The notes beneath the pieces are model-generated. The model had not been told where the DNA came from and ran no database searches. It saw only the letters and a program-made list of their open reading frames with translations. Made by a program: the position numbers and the translations under genes. This document shows positions 29,877 to 39,528 of a stretch of DNA of 64,000 nt, piece by piece. The stretch is taken from NCBI GenBank assembly GCA_963790435.1, contig CAWBOI010000006.1, positions 97,758-161,757 on the forward strand, written 5' to 3'. This DNA comes from an uncultured Chitinophagaceae bacterium. Lineage in GTDB: Bacteria; Bacteroidota; Bacteroidia; Chitinophagales; Chitinophagaceae. Position 1 is the first letter of the stretch, and each line of letters opens with the position of its first letter.

Positions 29877-32357
29877 ATGATAAAACTCATGAGATATTCA
29901 ATTGCCTTTGTATTTATGATGTTTGTTTTTGCCGCTTTTTCTCAATCTACCGACAACAGCAAAAGCAACAACGACTGGAAAAAAATCTATCGCGCCAGCG
30001 CCACCAAAATCAACGATTTGGTGGATACGAAACTCGAAGTAAAATTCGATTACGACAAGCAATGGATGTATGGCAAAGAATGGGTTACGCTGCATCCGCA
30101 CTTCTATCCAACCGATACTTTAATGCTCGATGCCAAAAGCATGGCAATTAACAAAGTTGCATTGGTAAAGGCTGGCAAGATGATGCCTTTGCAATACAAA
30201 TACGATAGCAGCCAGTTGTTCATCACTTTGGATAAGATGTACAAGCGCAACGAAAACTATGTGATTTACATTGATTATATCTCGCGCCCCAACACCGTGA
30301 AAGCCGCTGGCAGCGCGGCAATCACCGACAACAAAGGTTTGTATTTTATCAACCCGAAAGGAGAGGACAAAAACAAACCCACACAAATCTGGACACAAGG
30401 TGAAACCGAAGCTAACTCGGCATGGTTCCCAACGATTGATAAACCCAATCAAAAAACCACCGAACAAATTACCATGACCGTTCCTGCGAAATACGTTACC
30501 TTATCCAATGGTTTATTAATCAGCCAAAAGAAAAATGCCGATGGCACAAGAACCGATACCTGGAAAATGGCGCTGCCGCATTCGCCTTATTTGTTCTTTA
30601 TGGGCGTTGGCGATTATGCCATTATCAAAGACAGTTACAAAGGCAAGGAAGTGAGTTATTATGTGGAGAAAGAATACGCGCCGGTTGCCCGTAAAATATT
30701 TGGTTATACACCCGAAATGATTGCTTTTTATTCGCGCATTACAGGTGTTGATTTTCCCTGGGCAAAGTATGCACAAATAACGGGAAGAGATTATGTAAGT
30801 GGTGCAATGGAAAACACTACTTCAACTTTACACAGCGATGCTGCACAGCAGGATGCGCGTGAATTGAAAGATGGCAACAGCTGGGAAGAAATAGTTGCGC
30901 ACGAATTGTTTCACCAATGGTTTGGCGATTACGTTACCACCGAAAGCTGGAGCAACATCACGGTGAACGAATCGTTTGCCGATTACAGCGAAACACTTTG
31001 GAACGAATACAAAAGGGGCAAGGATGAAGGCGATGCAAAAATTAACGCCGACATGCGCAGATACATAAGCAGTCCTGGCGATTTTACAAAACCGTTGGTG
31101 CGTTTTTATTATGCCGATAAAGAAGATGTTTTCGATAATGTAAGCTATCCAAAAGGCGGCACCATTTTGCACATGCTTCGAAATTATGTTGGCGATAGTG
31201 CTTTCTTTAAATCGTTAAATTTATATCTCAATACCAACAAGTTCAGCAATGGCGAAGCGCAGCAATTACGCCTTGCTTTTGAACAAATAACCGGGCAGGA
31301 TTTAAATTGGTTTTGGAACGAATGGTATTATGGTGCGGGTCATCCGAAACTGGCCATTACTTATGGTTATGATGAGGCTACAAAAGCAGCAACAGTGCAA
31401 ATTAAACAAACGCAAAACGGACAAATTTTTACGTTGCCATTTACCATTGATGTGTACCAGGGCGGAACGAAAAAAAGATATAAAGTTTGGATGAAAGACA
31501 CTACTGCATCGTTTTCATTTCCTGTAAATGGCAAGCCTGACTTGATCAACTTTGATGGCGATAAAACTTTGCTTTGCGAGAAAACGGAAAACAAAACCGG
31601 GGCTGAATATGCGTTTCAATATAAGAACGCAGGCTTGTATCGCGATAGAAGAGAAGCCATTGCCTATGCGTTGAACAACCCAACTGCAGAAGGTTCGTTT
31701 GCTTTTACAAAAATGGCTTTGGGTGATAAATCGCCTCATTTACGTGAAATGATTTTGAATGGTATTAAACTGAACAACGATTCGGTAAAAAAAGTAATGG
31801 AGTCTTTGTTGGTAAACATTGCAAAAAATGATTCAGACAACACTGCTAAAGCAAGAGCCCTACAATTATTGGGCGATTATAAAAACGATAATTACAAAGC
31901 TTTATTTGCTTCAGCAGTTCACGATTCTTCTTATACCGTTGCAGGTGCTGCTTTGCTCTCTTTGGCAAAAGTTGATAGCGCAGCCGCCGTTACTGAAGTG
32001 AGTAAAATCGCTTCTCAACCTGCTAAGCGCACACTTCGTGATGCTATCGTGCAACTGTCTGATGAAAGCAATTTCAACAGCATTGCCACGCAGTATGATG
32101 CAATGCCTTTAAGCCAGGAGAAGTTCACACTTACAGCTTCATTCATTCAGTTTTTGAACAAGGTAAACAACACAGAAAGCTTTAAAAAGGGTGTTGATAT
32201 GATCCTTGCTTTCCGTGATAAAATACCGGAATCGCAGCGGTCATTTACCGACCCTTACTTTGCTTCTATGTTGAATGGTTTAGCACAAAAGAAAACGGCT
32301 GAAAATCAAAAAGAAAAAGCCGATTACATTCAATCGAAATTGGCAGCGAAGCAATAA
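29877..32357 (+). CDS. M1 family aminopeptidase with a C-terminal HEAT-like region
   Basis: GAMEN, HELFHQW...E zinc motif, YPKGG; signal peptide; start could be 29877 or 29889. Confidence 0.92.
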   Translation: MIKLMRYSIAFVFMMFVFAAFSQSTDNSKSNNDWKKIYRASATKINDLVDTKLEVKFDYDKQWMYGKEWVTLHPHFYPTDTLMLDAKSMAINKVALVKAGKMMPLQYKYDSSQLFITLDKMYKRNENYVIYIDYISRPNTVKAAGSAAITDNKGLYFINPKGEDKNKPTQIWTQGETEANSAWFPTIDKPNQKTTEQITMTVPAKYVTLSNGLLISQKKNADGTRTDTWKMALPHSPYLFFMGVGDYAIIKDSYKGKEVSYYVEKEYAPVARKIFGYTPEMIAFYSRITGVDFPWAKYAQITGRDYVSGAMENTTSTLHSDAAQQDARELKDGNSWEEIVAHELFHQWFGDYVTTESWSNITVNESFADYSETLWNEYKRGKDEGDAKINADMRRYISSPGDFTKPLVRFYYADKEDVFDNVSYPKGGTILHMLRNYVGDSAFFKSLNLYLNTNKFSNGEAQQLRLAFEQITGQDLNWFWNEWYYGAGHPKLAITYGYDEATKAATVQIKQTQNGQIFTLPFTIDVYQGGTKKRYKVWMKDTTASFSFPVNGKPDLINFDGDKTLLCEKTENKTGAEYAFQYKNAGLYRDRREAIAYALNNPTAEGSFAFTKMALGDKSPHLREMILNGIKLNNDSVKKVMESLLVNIAKNDSDNTAKARALQLLGDYKNDNYKALFASAVHDSSYTVAGAALLSLAKVDSAAAVTEVSKIASQPAKRTLRDAIVQLSDESNFNSIATQYDAMPLSQEKFTLTASFIQFLNKVNNTESFKKGVDMILAFRDKIPESQRSFTDPYFASMLNGLAQKKTAENQKEKADYIQSKLAAKQ

Positions 32358-32690
32358 AAAAGAAACTTTGTTGTTTCATGTCCGGTTTGGTTTTGCACCA
32401 TTTTTTGAAAGGTTTGGTTTTGCTTATTTTTTCAACAATAAACTTTCTTTTATGGATTATTTGTTGCCCAAATCAAAAGGAATTAAAATAAAGTTCATTC
32501 AGGAGTTTCGTTCATTCGATTTCATTCCTTATTCCATTGCTTTGCTCATGCTGACCGGTATTCCGTACATGATGGTGCTGTTTATACAGGTTACAAAGCA
32601 CGCTCAATAAGCAAACGGTTTGTTATGAATGGCTGAAATTTTAATAGTATTGCAGCCCAAAATTATTCGTCAGAGCCTCAACACATTTTC

Positions 32691-34199
32691 ATGCAAAACA
32701 AAATACAGTCTGCACTTATATCAGTGTTTTATAAAGATGGATTGGAACCTATTATCAAAGAACTGAACCGTTTGGGAATCACCATTTATTCAACCGGTGG
32801 CACGCAAAAGTTTATTGAAGATGTAGGCGTTTCCTGCGTGCCTGTTGAAAGTTTAACATCGTATCCATCCATTTTGGGCGGAAGAGTTAAAACGCTTCAT
32901 CCATCAGTGTTTGGTGGTATTCTGGGCAGGAGAGAAGTGGACCAGGATATTGAAGAAATGAAGCAATACAACATTCCCGAAATTGATTTGGTGATTGTTG
33001 ATTTGTATCCATTTGAAGAAACGCTTCGCAATACAACTGATGAAAAAACGATCATTGAAAAGATTGATATTGGCGGTCCTTCCATGATTCGCGCCGCAGC
33101 GAAAAACTTCAGCCACTTAACCGTAATTGCTGCCAAAGAAGATTATAAATCATTAGAAGAATTGCTGCAAAATGGAAACGGCGTGACCACATTGGAACAG
33201 CGCAAAGCTTTTGCTGCAAAGGCTTTTGAAGTGGTAATGAATTATGATATTGCCATCTCGGATTATTTCAACAGGCCCAAACAGGAAAGTGCAAAGCAGC
33301 CGCTTCGGTATGGTGAGAATCCGCATCAAAAAGCAGTGTTTCTTGGTAATTTAAAAGATGTATTTGAGCAACTAAATGGCAAAGAACTATCCTACAACAA
33401 CCTGGTTGATGTGGATGCCGCCATTCAATTGATACAGGAGTTTCCTCAGCAAAACCAAACTTATACGTTTGCCATCATTAAGCACACAAATGTGTGCGGC
33501 ATTGCACAACGAAGCAGCGTAAAACAAAGCTGGGACGCAGCTTTGGCGGGCGATAATGAAAGTGCATTTGGCGGTGTGTTGGTTTGTAATGGAACCATTA
33601 ATAAAGCCACTGCAGAAGCCATCAACGAAATCTTTTTTGAAGTGCTGATTGCGCCTCAGTTTGAAGAAGATGCACTTATCGTTTTGCGCAGCAAAAAGAA
33701 CCGTATTTTATTACAACTTCACGAGCTTCCACACCTGAAACGCGAGCAATATAAATCGTTACTCAACGGTATGTTGTTGCAGGATATTGACGAAGGCAAT
33801 TACGCCGAATGGAAAGAAGTGGGCGGCAGAGAAACAACCATTGAAGAGAAAGAAGATCTGACGTTTGCAAACCTTGTTTGTAAACATTTAAAAAGCAATG
33901 CCATTGCATTGGTGAAGAACAAACAATTAGTTGGCAAAGGTTGCGGCCAAACCAGCCGAATTGATTCGTTGCGCCAAAGCATTGACAAAGCGAAACAGTT
34001 CAAATTTGATTTGAATAACGCAGTACTCGCTTCCGATGCGTTCTTCCCATTTAACGATTGTGTACAAATGGCACATGCAGCAGGCATTTCAGCGTTTATA
34101 CAACCCGGTGGTTCAGTACGCGATAAAGACAGCATTGAGTATTGCGTTCAGAACAATTTAGCCATGATAATGACAGGCTTGCGGCATTTTAAACATTGA
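32691..34199 (+). CDS. purH: Bifunctional AICAR transformylase/IMP cyclohydrolase
   Basis: STGGT, GRVKTLHP, IDIGGP, RYGENPHQ, SDAFFPF. Confidence 0.97.
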   Translation: MQNKIQSALISVFYKDGLEPIIKELNRLGITIYSTGGTQKFIEDVGVSCVPVESLTSYPSILGGRVKTLHPSVFGGILGRREVDQDIEEMKQYNIPEIDLVIVDLYPFEETLRNTTDEKTIIEKIDIGGPSMIRAAAKNFSHLTVIAAKEDYKSLEELLQNGNGVTTLEQRKAFAAKAFEVVMNYDIAISDYFNRPKQESAKQPLRYGENPHQKAVFLGNLKDVFEQLNGKELSYNNLVDVDAAIQLIQEFPQQNQTYTFAIIKHTNVCGIAQRSSVKQSWDAALAGDNESAFGGVLVCNGTINKATAEAINEIFFEVLIAPQFEEDALIVLRSKKNRILLQLHELPHLKREQYKSLLNGMLLQDIDEGNYAEWKEVGGRETTIEEKEDLTFANLVCKHLKSNAIALVKNKQLVGKGCGQTSRIDSLRQSIDKAKQFKFDLNNAVLASDAFFPFNDCVQMAHAAGISAFIQPGGSVRDKDSIEYCVQNNLAMIMTGLRHFKH

Positions 34200-34227
34200 A
34201 GATGTGTGTCCAATACCTCTTCAATGT

Positions 34228-35730
34228 TTAATTCAAAGAAGGTTTTGGTGGCTCTAACTGGCGTTTCCATTTTGAGGCTTCATCAGTGTTGCCCATTGTT
34301 GTATAGTTTCGTATCAACGCGTTGATATAATCTTTTCTTCTGTCTTCAGAAGGGTTTAAATTATAAGCCTCTTTAAAATCGGCAACGGCGTTTTGCCAGT
34401 CTTTAAGCTTTTCATACACAAGCCCTCTTCCGAAATAAGCTTCTGCCTGGTCGGGCTTCATTTCAATGGTTTTGCTCCAGTCGGCAAGTGAGGCGGCATA
34501 CACTGGTCCGTTTCTGCTTTCATCGCTGTTTCGCGAAGCGAAGTACGATCTGGCTCTGGAATAATAAGCAAGCGTTAAATTGTTGGATGAATCCCAATCT
34601 TTATTGTTGTCAATGGCTTTGCTAAAATCTTCAATAGCAGATTTCTGATCGTTTATTTTATCATTGCAATAGCCTCTTTCATAATAAGCGCCCGAATAAT
34701 CGGGTTTCGATTCAATGGCTTTTGTGTAACATTCTATTGCTTTGTCTGTGTTGCCTTTTCCAACATGATACCAACCTCTCTCGAACCAACTTTGCGGTGA
34801 GTTTAAAGAGGGGTCCGATAAGACTTTTGTTTTTACAATCGCCACTTCATCATCACTTAACTGAAGACCAGTTTGCAGTTGCAGCAATGCCAGGTTGGAT
34901 AAGTTAGATAAAGGATATTCACCCTTTAAAAATTCGCGCAAATCCTTTTCATATTCAATCACGGCTTCGGTATGATTTTTTAATCGAGCGATTTTATCAT
35001 CGAGAATTTTAGCTACCACATCTTCCGGAACGCTCATGTTTTTTCCGCGCAGCGTTAAACCTTTGCATAATATATCAAACGCCAGTCCCTGCGGATCGGA
35101 AAAAGGTAAAAAAGCGGCATCTATTTCAGAAGAAAATCTCACGTCGGGCAAGCCTTCAATGAGAATGGGTGTTAAGGGTTCAGGCAAGTTTTCAAAACGA
35201 ATGGCAATGCAGCCAATATCGAATGCTTTCAAAAAACTTTTTTGCGAAAGATCGCTATCCAAAGCAGTATAAAAGCCGGTTGAAAATTTAACGGCGGCAT
35301 TATCGCTGATTTCTTTTCTCGTGCCAATAACGATGGGAATAAATTGCGAAATAGCTTTTGCCTGTTCCTCAGAGTAACAGGCGTTAATCACTACACATTT
35401 TACACTATCACTTGCCGATTTAAACAACAACGCCAAAGCAGTGGGAGGTACTGTTTTTGAATTGCCCTTTTCATCTTCGAAACATATCTCTCCCGTTTCT
35501 TCGCCATGTGCTGAGAAGTGAACAATGTGCGGCTTGTACTGTAAAATGGTTTGCAATACATCATCCGGCTTTACCGCCTGGTAATCTTTTATTTCAAACG
35601 AAGAATTGGTGACGAGCCGGTTTCTGATTTGTTGCAGTTCAGCGCCTAAACGTAACCTGGCTTCATTGGTTGGTTCAGAAGCTAAAAACAAAATGCGTAC
35701 TGTGGGTTTGTCTAATGCAGTGGTTTCCAT
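34228..35730 (-). CDS. CHAT (caspase-like) domain protein with C-terminal TPR repeats
   Basis: ILFLASEP, catalytic His in VHFSAHG and Cys in VINACYS; TPR repeats such as WFERGWYH, AYYERG and AYFGRG. Confidence 0.88.
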   Translation of the reverse strand: METTALDKPTVRILFLASEPTNEARLRLGAELQQIRNRLVTNSSFEIKDYQAVKPDDVLQTILQYKPHIVHFSAHGEETGEICFEDEKGNSKTVPPTALALLFKSASDSVKCVVINACYSEEQAKAISQFIPIVIGTRKEISDNAAVKFSTGFYTALDSDLSQKSFLKAFDIGCIAIRFENLPEPLTPILIEGLPDVRFSSEIDAAFLPFSDPQGLAFDILCKGLTLRGKNMSVPEDVVAKILDDKIARLKNHTEAVIEYEKDLREFLKGEYPLSNLSNLALLQLQTGLQLSDDEVAIVKTKVLSDPSLNSPQSWFERGWYHVGKGNTDKAIECYTKAIESKPDYSGAYYERGYCNDKINDQKSAIEDFSKAIDNNKDWDSSNNLTLAYYSRARSYFASRNSDESRNGPVYAASLADWSKTIEMKPDQAEAYFGRGLVYEKLKDWQNAVADFKEAYNLNPSEDRRKDYINALIRNYTTMGNTDEASKWKRQLEPPKPSLN

Positions 35731-35859
35731 CTAAGATTGTTTATGAAAACTAAAAGTATAAATAACTTTTGAGATTCAAGGAACAAGAATCAAGTAGCAA
35801 GGAACAAGAGAAGTGAGTTGATAAATTAAGGCAAAAACAAAAGATAGTTTTACAAGAGA

Positions 35860-37251
35860 TTAATAGGCGTTGGTTTCGCCTTTGAAGATGTTAATCCCCG
35901 TCATGAAAACAAGTTTAATGTCAAGCATCAGGCTCCAGTTTTCCATATACCAAATGTCGTGTTCAACGCGCTTTTCCATCAGTGATGGATCAGAGGTTTC
36001 GCCACGATAACCGTTCACCTGCGCCCAGCCTGTAATGCCAGGTTTTAAAAACTGGCGCACCATGTATTGATTGATGATGGCGCTGTACTTTTCCGTATGC
36101 AGCAACATGTGAGGGCGCGGGCCGCAAATGCTCATATCACCTTTAAATACATTGAAAAACTGTGGCAGCTCATCAATGCTGGTCTTGCGTAAAAAAGCAC
36201 CAATGCGGGTAACACGATTGTCGTGTTTGGTAGCCTGCAAAGCATTACTTCCCCTGTTTACGGTCATGCTTCTAAATTTATAGCACCAAAACGGTTTGTT
36301 GTTTTTGCCGGAACGTTCCTGCTTAAAAAATACGGGTCCTTTGGAAGACAACTTAATAAGAATTCCCAGCAAAGGTGTGAGCCAGGAAAGCAAAAAAAGA
36401 ATAACTGCCGAGCTTACCGCCAAATCGAAAAGGCGCTTTTTAAAGCTGTTGTGAGCTTCTATTAACGGCTCGGCGCGAAGACTGATTACCGGCATGTGGC
36501 TGAAAAATTCTACATGATGATAATCTAATGACTCAATATTTTTTTCGGTTACAAAGCGAACGCGCACACACCTGTTTTCTGCTATCTGCGTTAACTCCTC
36601 AACCTGTTTGTTTTCAGTTGGTAAAACGGTAGAATAAATTTCCGACACTTTGTTTTCAACAACAAAGTCAACATAATCTTTTACATTATCAATCAGGCTT
36701 CCATTGTTGTTTACAATTATTTTGCTGTCGGCTCCAATAATTTCGGTAAGATTGTAAAACGATTTATTGTTATTAAAATATTCAGCCAGTTTAACGGCTT
36801 CGTTATTGTTGCCTACAATGGCAATTTTCTTTTGCGGCATTACTTTTTTAAACATAAACTCTGTGGCATACGTTAACAAAAAACGGCTGCCTATCAACAA
36901 CACACTAATTGAGCAAAAGATTGCTACAATAAACTTTTCGTTGAAGTTGGATGAATCAAAGAAATAATACAAAGCTGTAAAAAAAACAACGTGTGCCAAC
37001 AAGGTTCGCCACGTAAAGCGAAGCGTTAATTCAGTTTGAGATAATGTGACTTTAGTGTACAATGAAAAGAGGCTTGAAAACAGTAACCAGGATGCATTGA
37101 AGATAAGCAATGCGATAAATGTAAACCAATTGTTTGCGTAGTGCAGTTGCAATGGAGTTAATAAATTGACAATAAGAAAAGGAATATTGTTGGCGATAAA
37201 ATCGCTTAACAATAGCAATAAGCGGAGTAAGTAAAATTGTTTGCTTCCCAT
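35860..37251 (-). CDS. wcaJ: Undecaprenyl-phosphate glucose phosphotransferase (WcaJ-like)
   Basis: N-terminal TMs, [35 protein letters not shown]. Confidence 0.9.
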   Translation of the reverse strand: MGSKQFYLLRLLLLLSDFIANNIPFLIVNLLTPLQLHYANNWFTFIALLIFNASWLLFSSLFSLYTKVTLSQTELTLRFTWRTLLAHVVFFTALYYFFDSSNFNEKFIVAIFCSISVLLIGSRFLLTYATEFMFKKVMPQKKIAIVGNNNEAVKLAEYFNNNKSFYNLTEIIGADSKIIVNNNGSLIDNVKDYVDFVVENKVSEIYSTVLPTENKQVEELTQIAENRCVRVRFVTEKNIESLDYHHVEFFSHMPVISLRAEPLIEAHNSFKKRLFDLAVSSAVILFLLSWLTPLLGILIKLSSKGPVFFKQERSGKNNKPFWCYKFRSMTVNRGSNALQATKHDNRVTRIGAFLRKTSIDELPQFFNVFKGDMSICGPRPHMLLHTEKYSAIINQYMVRQFLKPGITGWAQVNGYRGETSDPSLMEKRVEHDIWYMENWSLMLDIKLVFMTGINIFKGETNAY

Positions 37252-37295
37252 ATCAAACCATCGGTTTCAGTTGCAGCAATTGGTTGAAAGAGATG

Positions 37296-37303
37296 CAAAT
37301 ATA
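37296..37303 (-). promoter_or_regulatory. -7 element (wcaJ-like gene)
   Basis: TATATTTG about 45 nt upstream of the ATG. Confidence 0.6.
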
Positions 37304-37493
37304 AGAATATGATTTGGTTGTTAAAATAATTCCTTAATTCACTATCTGTTGTAAAATAAGCTTTTATGAAAAAAGAATTGGTTGGCAATCTGTTCAAATC
37401 TTCCGAAAACAGATTGCCCTATTTTTTATTCGGAAGTACAACTGAATAAAAAATAGGGCAAAAACAAACTTTGTAAACGCAGCGAAAAGCCTT

Positions 37494-38612
37494 TTATTTC
37501 ACCGGCATCATGCCTAAAAATACAGGCTGGTCAATATCAATTTTAAAACCTGCATCGGTAAGCAAACCATAATTTTTATTGATGACATACGCCTGCACCA
37601 CATTGCTGTCTCTGCAAGCTACCAGCAGGAAACGTCCTGTAGGGTCAATCATAAAATTACGGGGATGCGCGCCCACGGGTTGATGGCCAACCATTACCAA
37701 TTTACCATCAGGTCCGGGTTTGAAAATAGTGATGTCGTTGGCTTTGCCGCGATTAGAAGTGTATAAAAATTTGCCATCCGGCGTTAGATGAATATCGGCG
37801 CTGCCTCTTTCATTTTTATCACCCGCATCGGTTGAAACAATGCTTTGCAATTCGGTTAATTTTCCGCCATTATAAGAATAAACGACTACTATTCCCGACA
37901 GTTCGTTCAATAAATACATAAACTTACCATTTGGGCTAAAAGCAAGATGTCGCGGACCGGAACCATCAGGCAATTCAATGTATGCAGGGTCGGTTGCCGT
38001 AAGTGGTGATGCCGTGTTATTCGCATCGAAGCTGTACTGATACAATTTATCGTTGCCCAAATCCGGTGCAAAAACAAACTTATCGTCGGGTGAAAAAAAG
38101 GCACTGTGCGGATGCGGTTGTTCCTGCCTTGTAACATTCACGCCATAACCTTCATGTGCAAGCGTTTGAACAGAAGGTTTCAGCGAACCATCCTCACCTG
38201 TTGGAAACACATTTATACTGCCACCGCTGTAATTAGCGGTTACTACATATTTGCCTGACGCATCTACCGAAATATAAGCCGGATCATCACCGCCGGGCTG
38301 CGAATTAATCAGGTGCAACTCGCCTTTTTGCTTATCGAAACTAAACGCACTGGCTCCGCTTTTATCTTTGTTCTCACTTACTGCATACACATATTTTTGA
38401 TTTTTTGAAATAGCAAGAAATGAAGGATTGGCCGCCGCAATTTTACTCACCGGCGTTACCTCAGCTTTGTTGGGATTGAACTTATAAACATAAATGCCTT
38501 CGCTTTTACTGGGCGCATTGGTGTACGTTCCCACCAACAAATAAAAAATAGGATTTTGTGCAAATAACGAAATGGTGAAGCATAATAAAACAATGGTAAG
38601 AAGGTAACGCAT
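37494..38612 (-). CDS. Lactonase family protein (6-phosphogluconolactonase/Pgl-like beta-propeller)
   Basis: VGTYT, NPSFL, PHPHS, APDLGND, GSGPRH, HPRNF; signal peptide. Confidence 0.9.
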   Translation of the reverse strand: MRYLLTIVLLCFTISLFAQNPIFYLLVGTYTNAPSKSEGIYVYKFNPNKAEVTPVSKIAAANPSFLAISKNQKYVYAVSENKDKSGASAFSFDKQKGELHLINSQPGGDDPAYISVDASGKYVVTANYSGGSINVFPTGEDGSLKPSVQTLAHEGYGVNVTRQEQPHPHSAFFSPDDKFVFAPDLGNDKLYQYSFDANNTASPLTATDPAYIELPDGSGPRHLAFSPNGKFMYLLNELSGIVVVYSYNGGKLTELQSIVSTDAGDKNERGSADIHLTPDGKFLYTSNRGKANDITIFKPGPDGKLVMVGHQPVGAHPRNFMIDPTGRFLLVACRDSNVVQAYVINKNYGLLTDAGFKIDIDQPVFLGMMPVK

Positions 38613-38802
38613 GTGTAACAACAATTAAGAAAGCAAATATAAAACTTGCACGACAAGCTGCATGGAGGATTGAATATTTAAGATTTAATATTGAATAAGA
38701 TTAAAGAGATAGGCTGTGGTTACGTTCTCATCCACATATTATTTTGGATTTGCGGAGCACAAACTGATAGCTGAAAGAAGAGATAAAAAATGCACAAAAA
38801 CA

Positions 38803-38832
38803 AAAGAGAGTTCAACTTGTTGAACTCTCTTT
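38803..38832 (-). terminator. Terminator after the RRM gene
   Basis: aaagagagttcaa-cttg-ttgaactctcttt with a T-rich tail on the minus strand. Confidence 0.75.
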
Positions 38833-38857
38833 AAAAATTATTGATTGAAGTGGAAAA

Positions 38858-39202
38858 TTACCATCTTCCGCCACCACCGCCGCTGCCGGCGTTGTTGAAG
38901 CGACGGTTTCCACCGCCACCAGAACCGCCACGGTCACCACCACCGCCGCCAGTTCTTTCTTCGCGGGGTTTAGCTACAGTAACGCGGATGTTTCTGCCTT
39001 CAACAGAAGCGCCATCCAATTCAGCAATGGCTTTCTGTGCAGCAGCATCGTCGGCCATTTCAACGAAACCGAAACCACGGCTGCGCTGTGTCATTTTGTC
39101 CATAATTACTCTGGCTGAAGTTACTTCGCCATACTCTTCAAAAAAACCTCTTAAGTCATCATCCTGTACGTTGAAGCTTAAGTTTGAAACATAAATGTTC
39201 AT
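38858..39202 (-). CDS. RRM RNA-binding protein with a Gly-rich tail
   Basis: RNP2 IYVSNL, RNP1 RGFGFVEM, GGGG-rich C-terminus. Confidence 0.95.
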   Translation of the reverse strand: MNIYVSNLSFNVQDDDLRGFFEEYGEVTSARVIMDKMTQRSRGFGFVEMADDAAAQKAIAELDGASVEGRNIRVTVAKPREERTGGGGGDRGGSGGGGNRRFNNAGSGGGGGRW

Positions 39203-39332
39203 TCTAAAAAAATTGTTTTGTAAAAAATGCTTGAGGCAACAGGTGTAAAGATTGGCTTATTAACTTTTAGCAAGAATATGCGTGGACGAAAATAACAACT
39301 TACGATATACTGAAGAACTCAAATTAACGGTG

Positions 39333-39340
39333 CAAACATA
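39333..39340 (-). promoter_or_regulatory. -7 element (RRM gene)
   Basis: TATGTTTG about 130 nt upstream of the ATG. Confidence 0.6.
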
Positions 39341-39528
39341 CTAATTTACTTTGAATTAATTTATTTCGTGAATAATAATTCTGTGTTAACTGATGTTTTA
39401 TTTCGGTGAAACGAAAGGTTTGGTTTTGCATCAATTTTATTTTTTATTTCAGATGGATTTTATTATGCGCAATGCACATTTGTTTTGAACGTTTATATTT
39501 ACTCTATTGAGGACGCTGAAACGATAGA

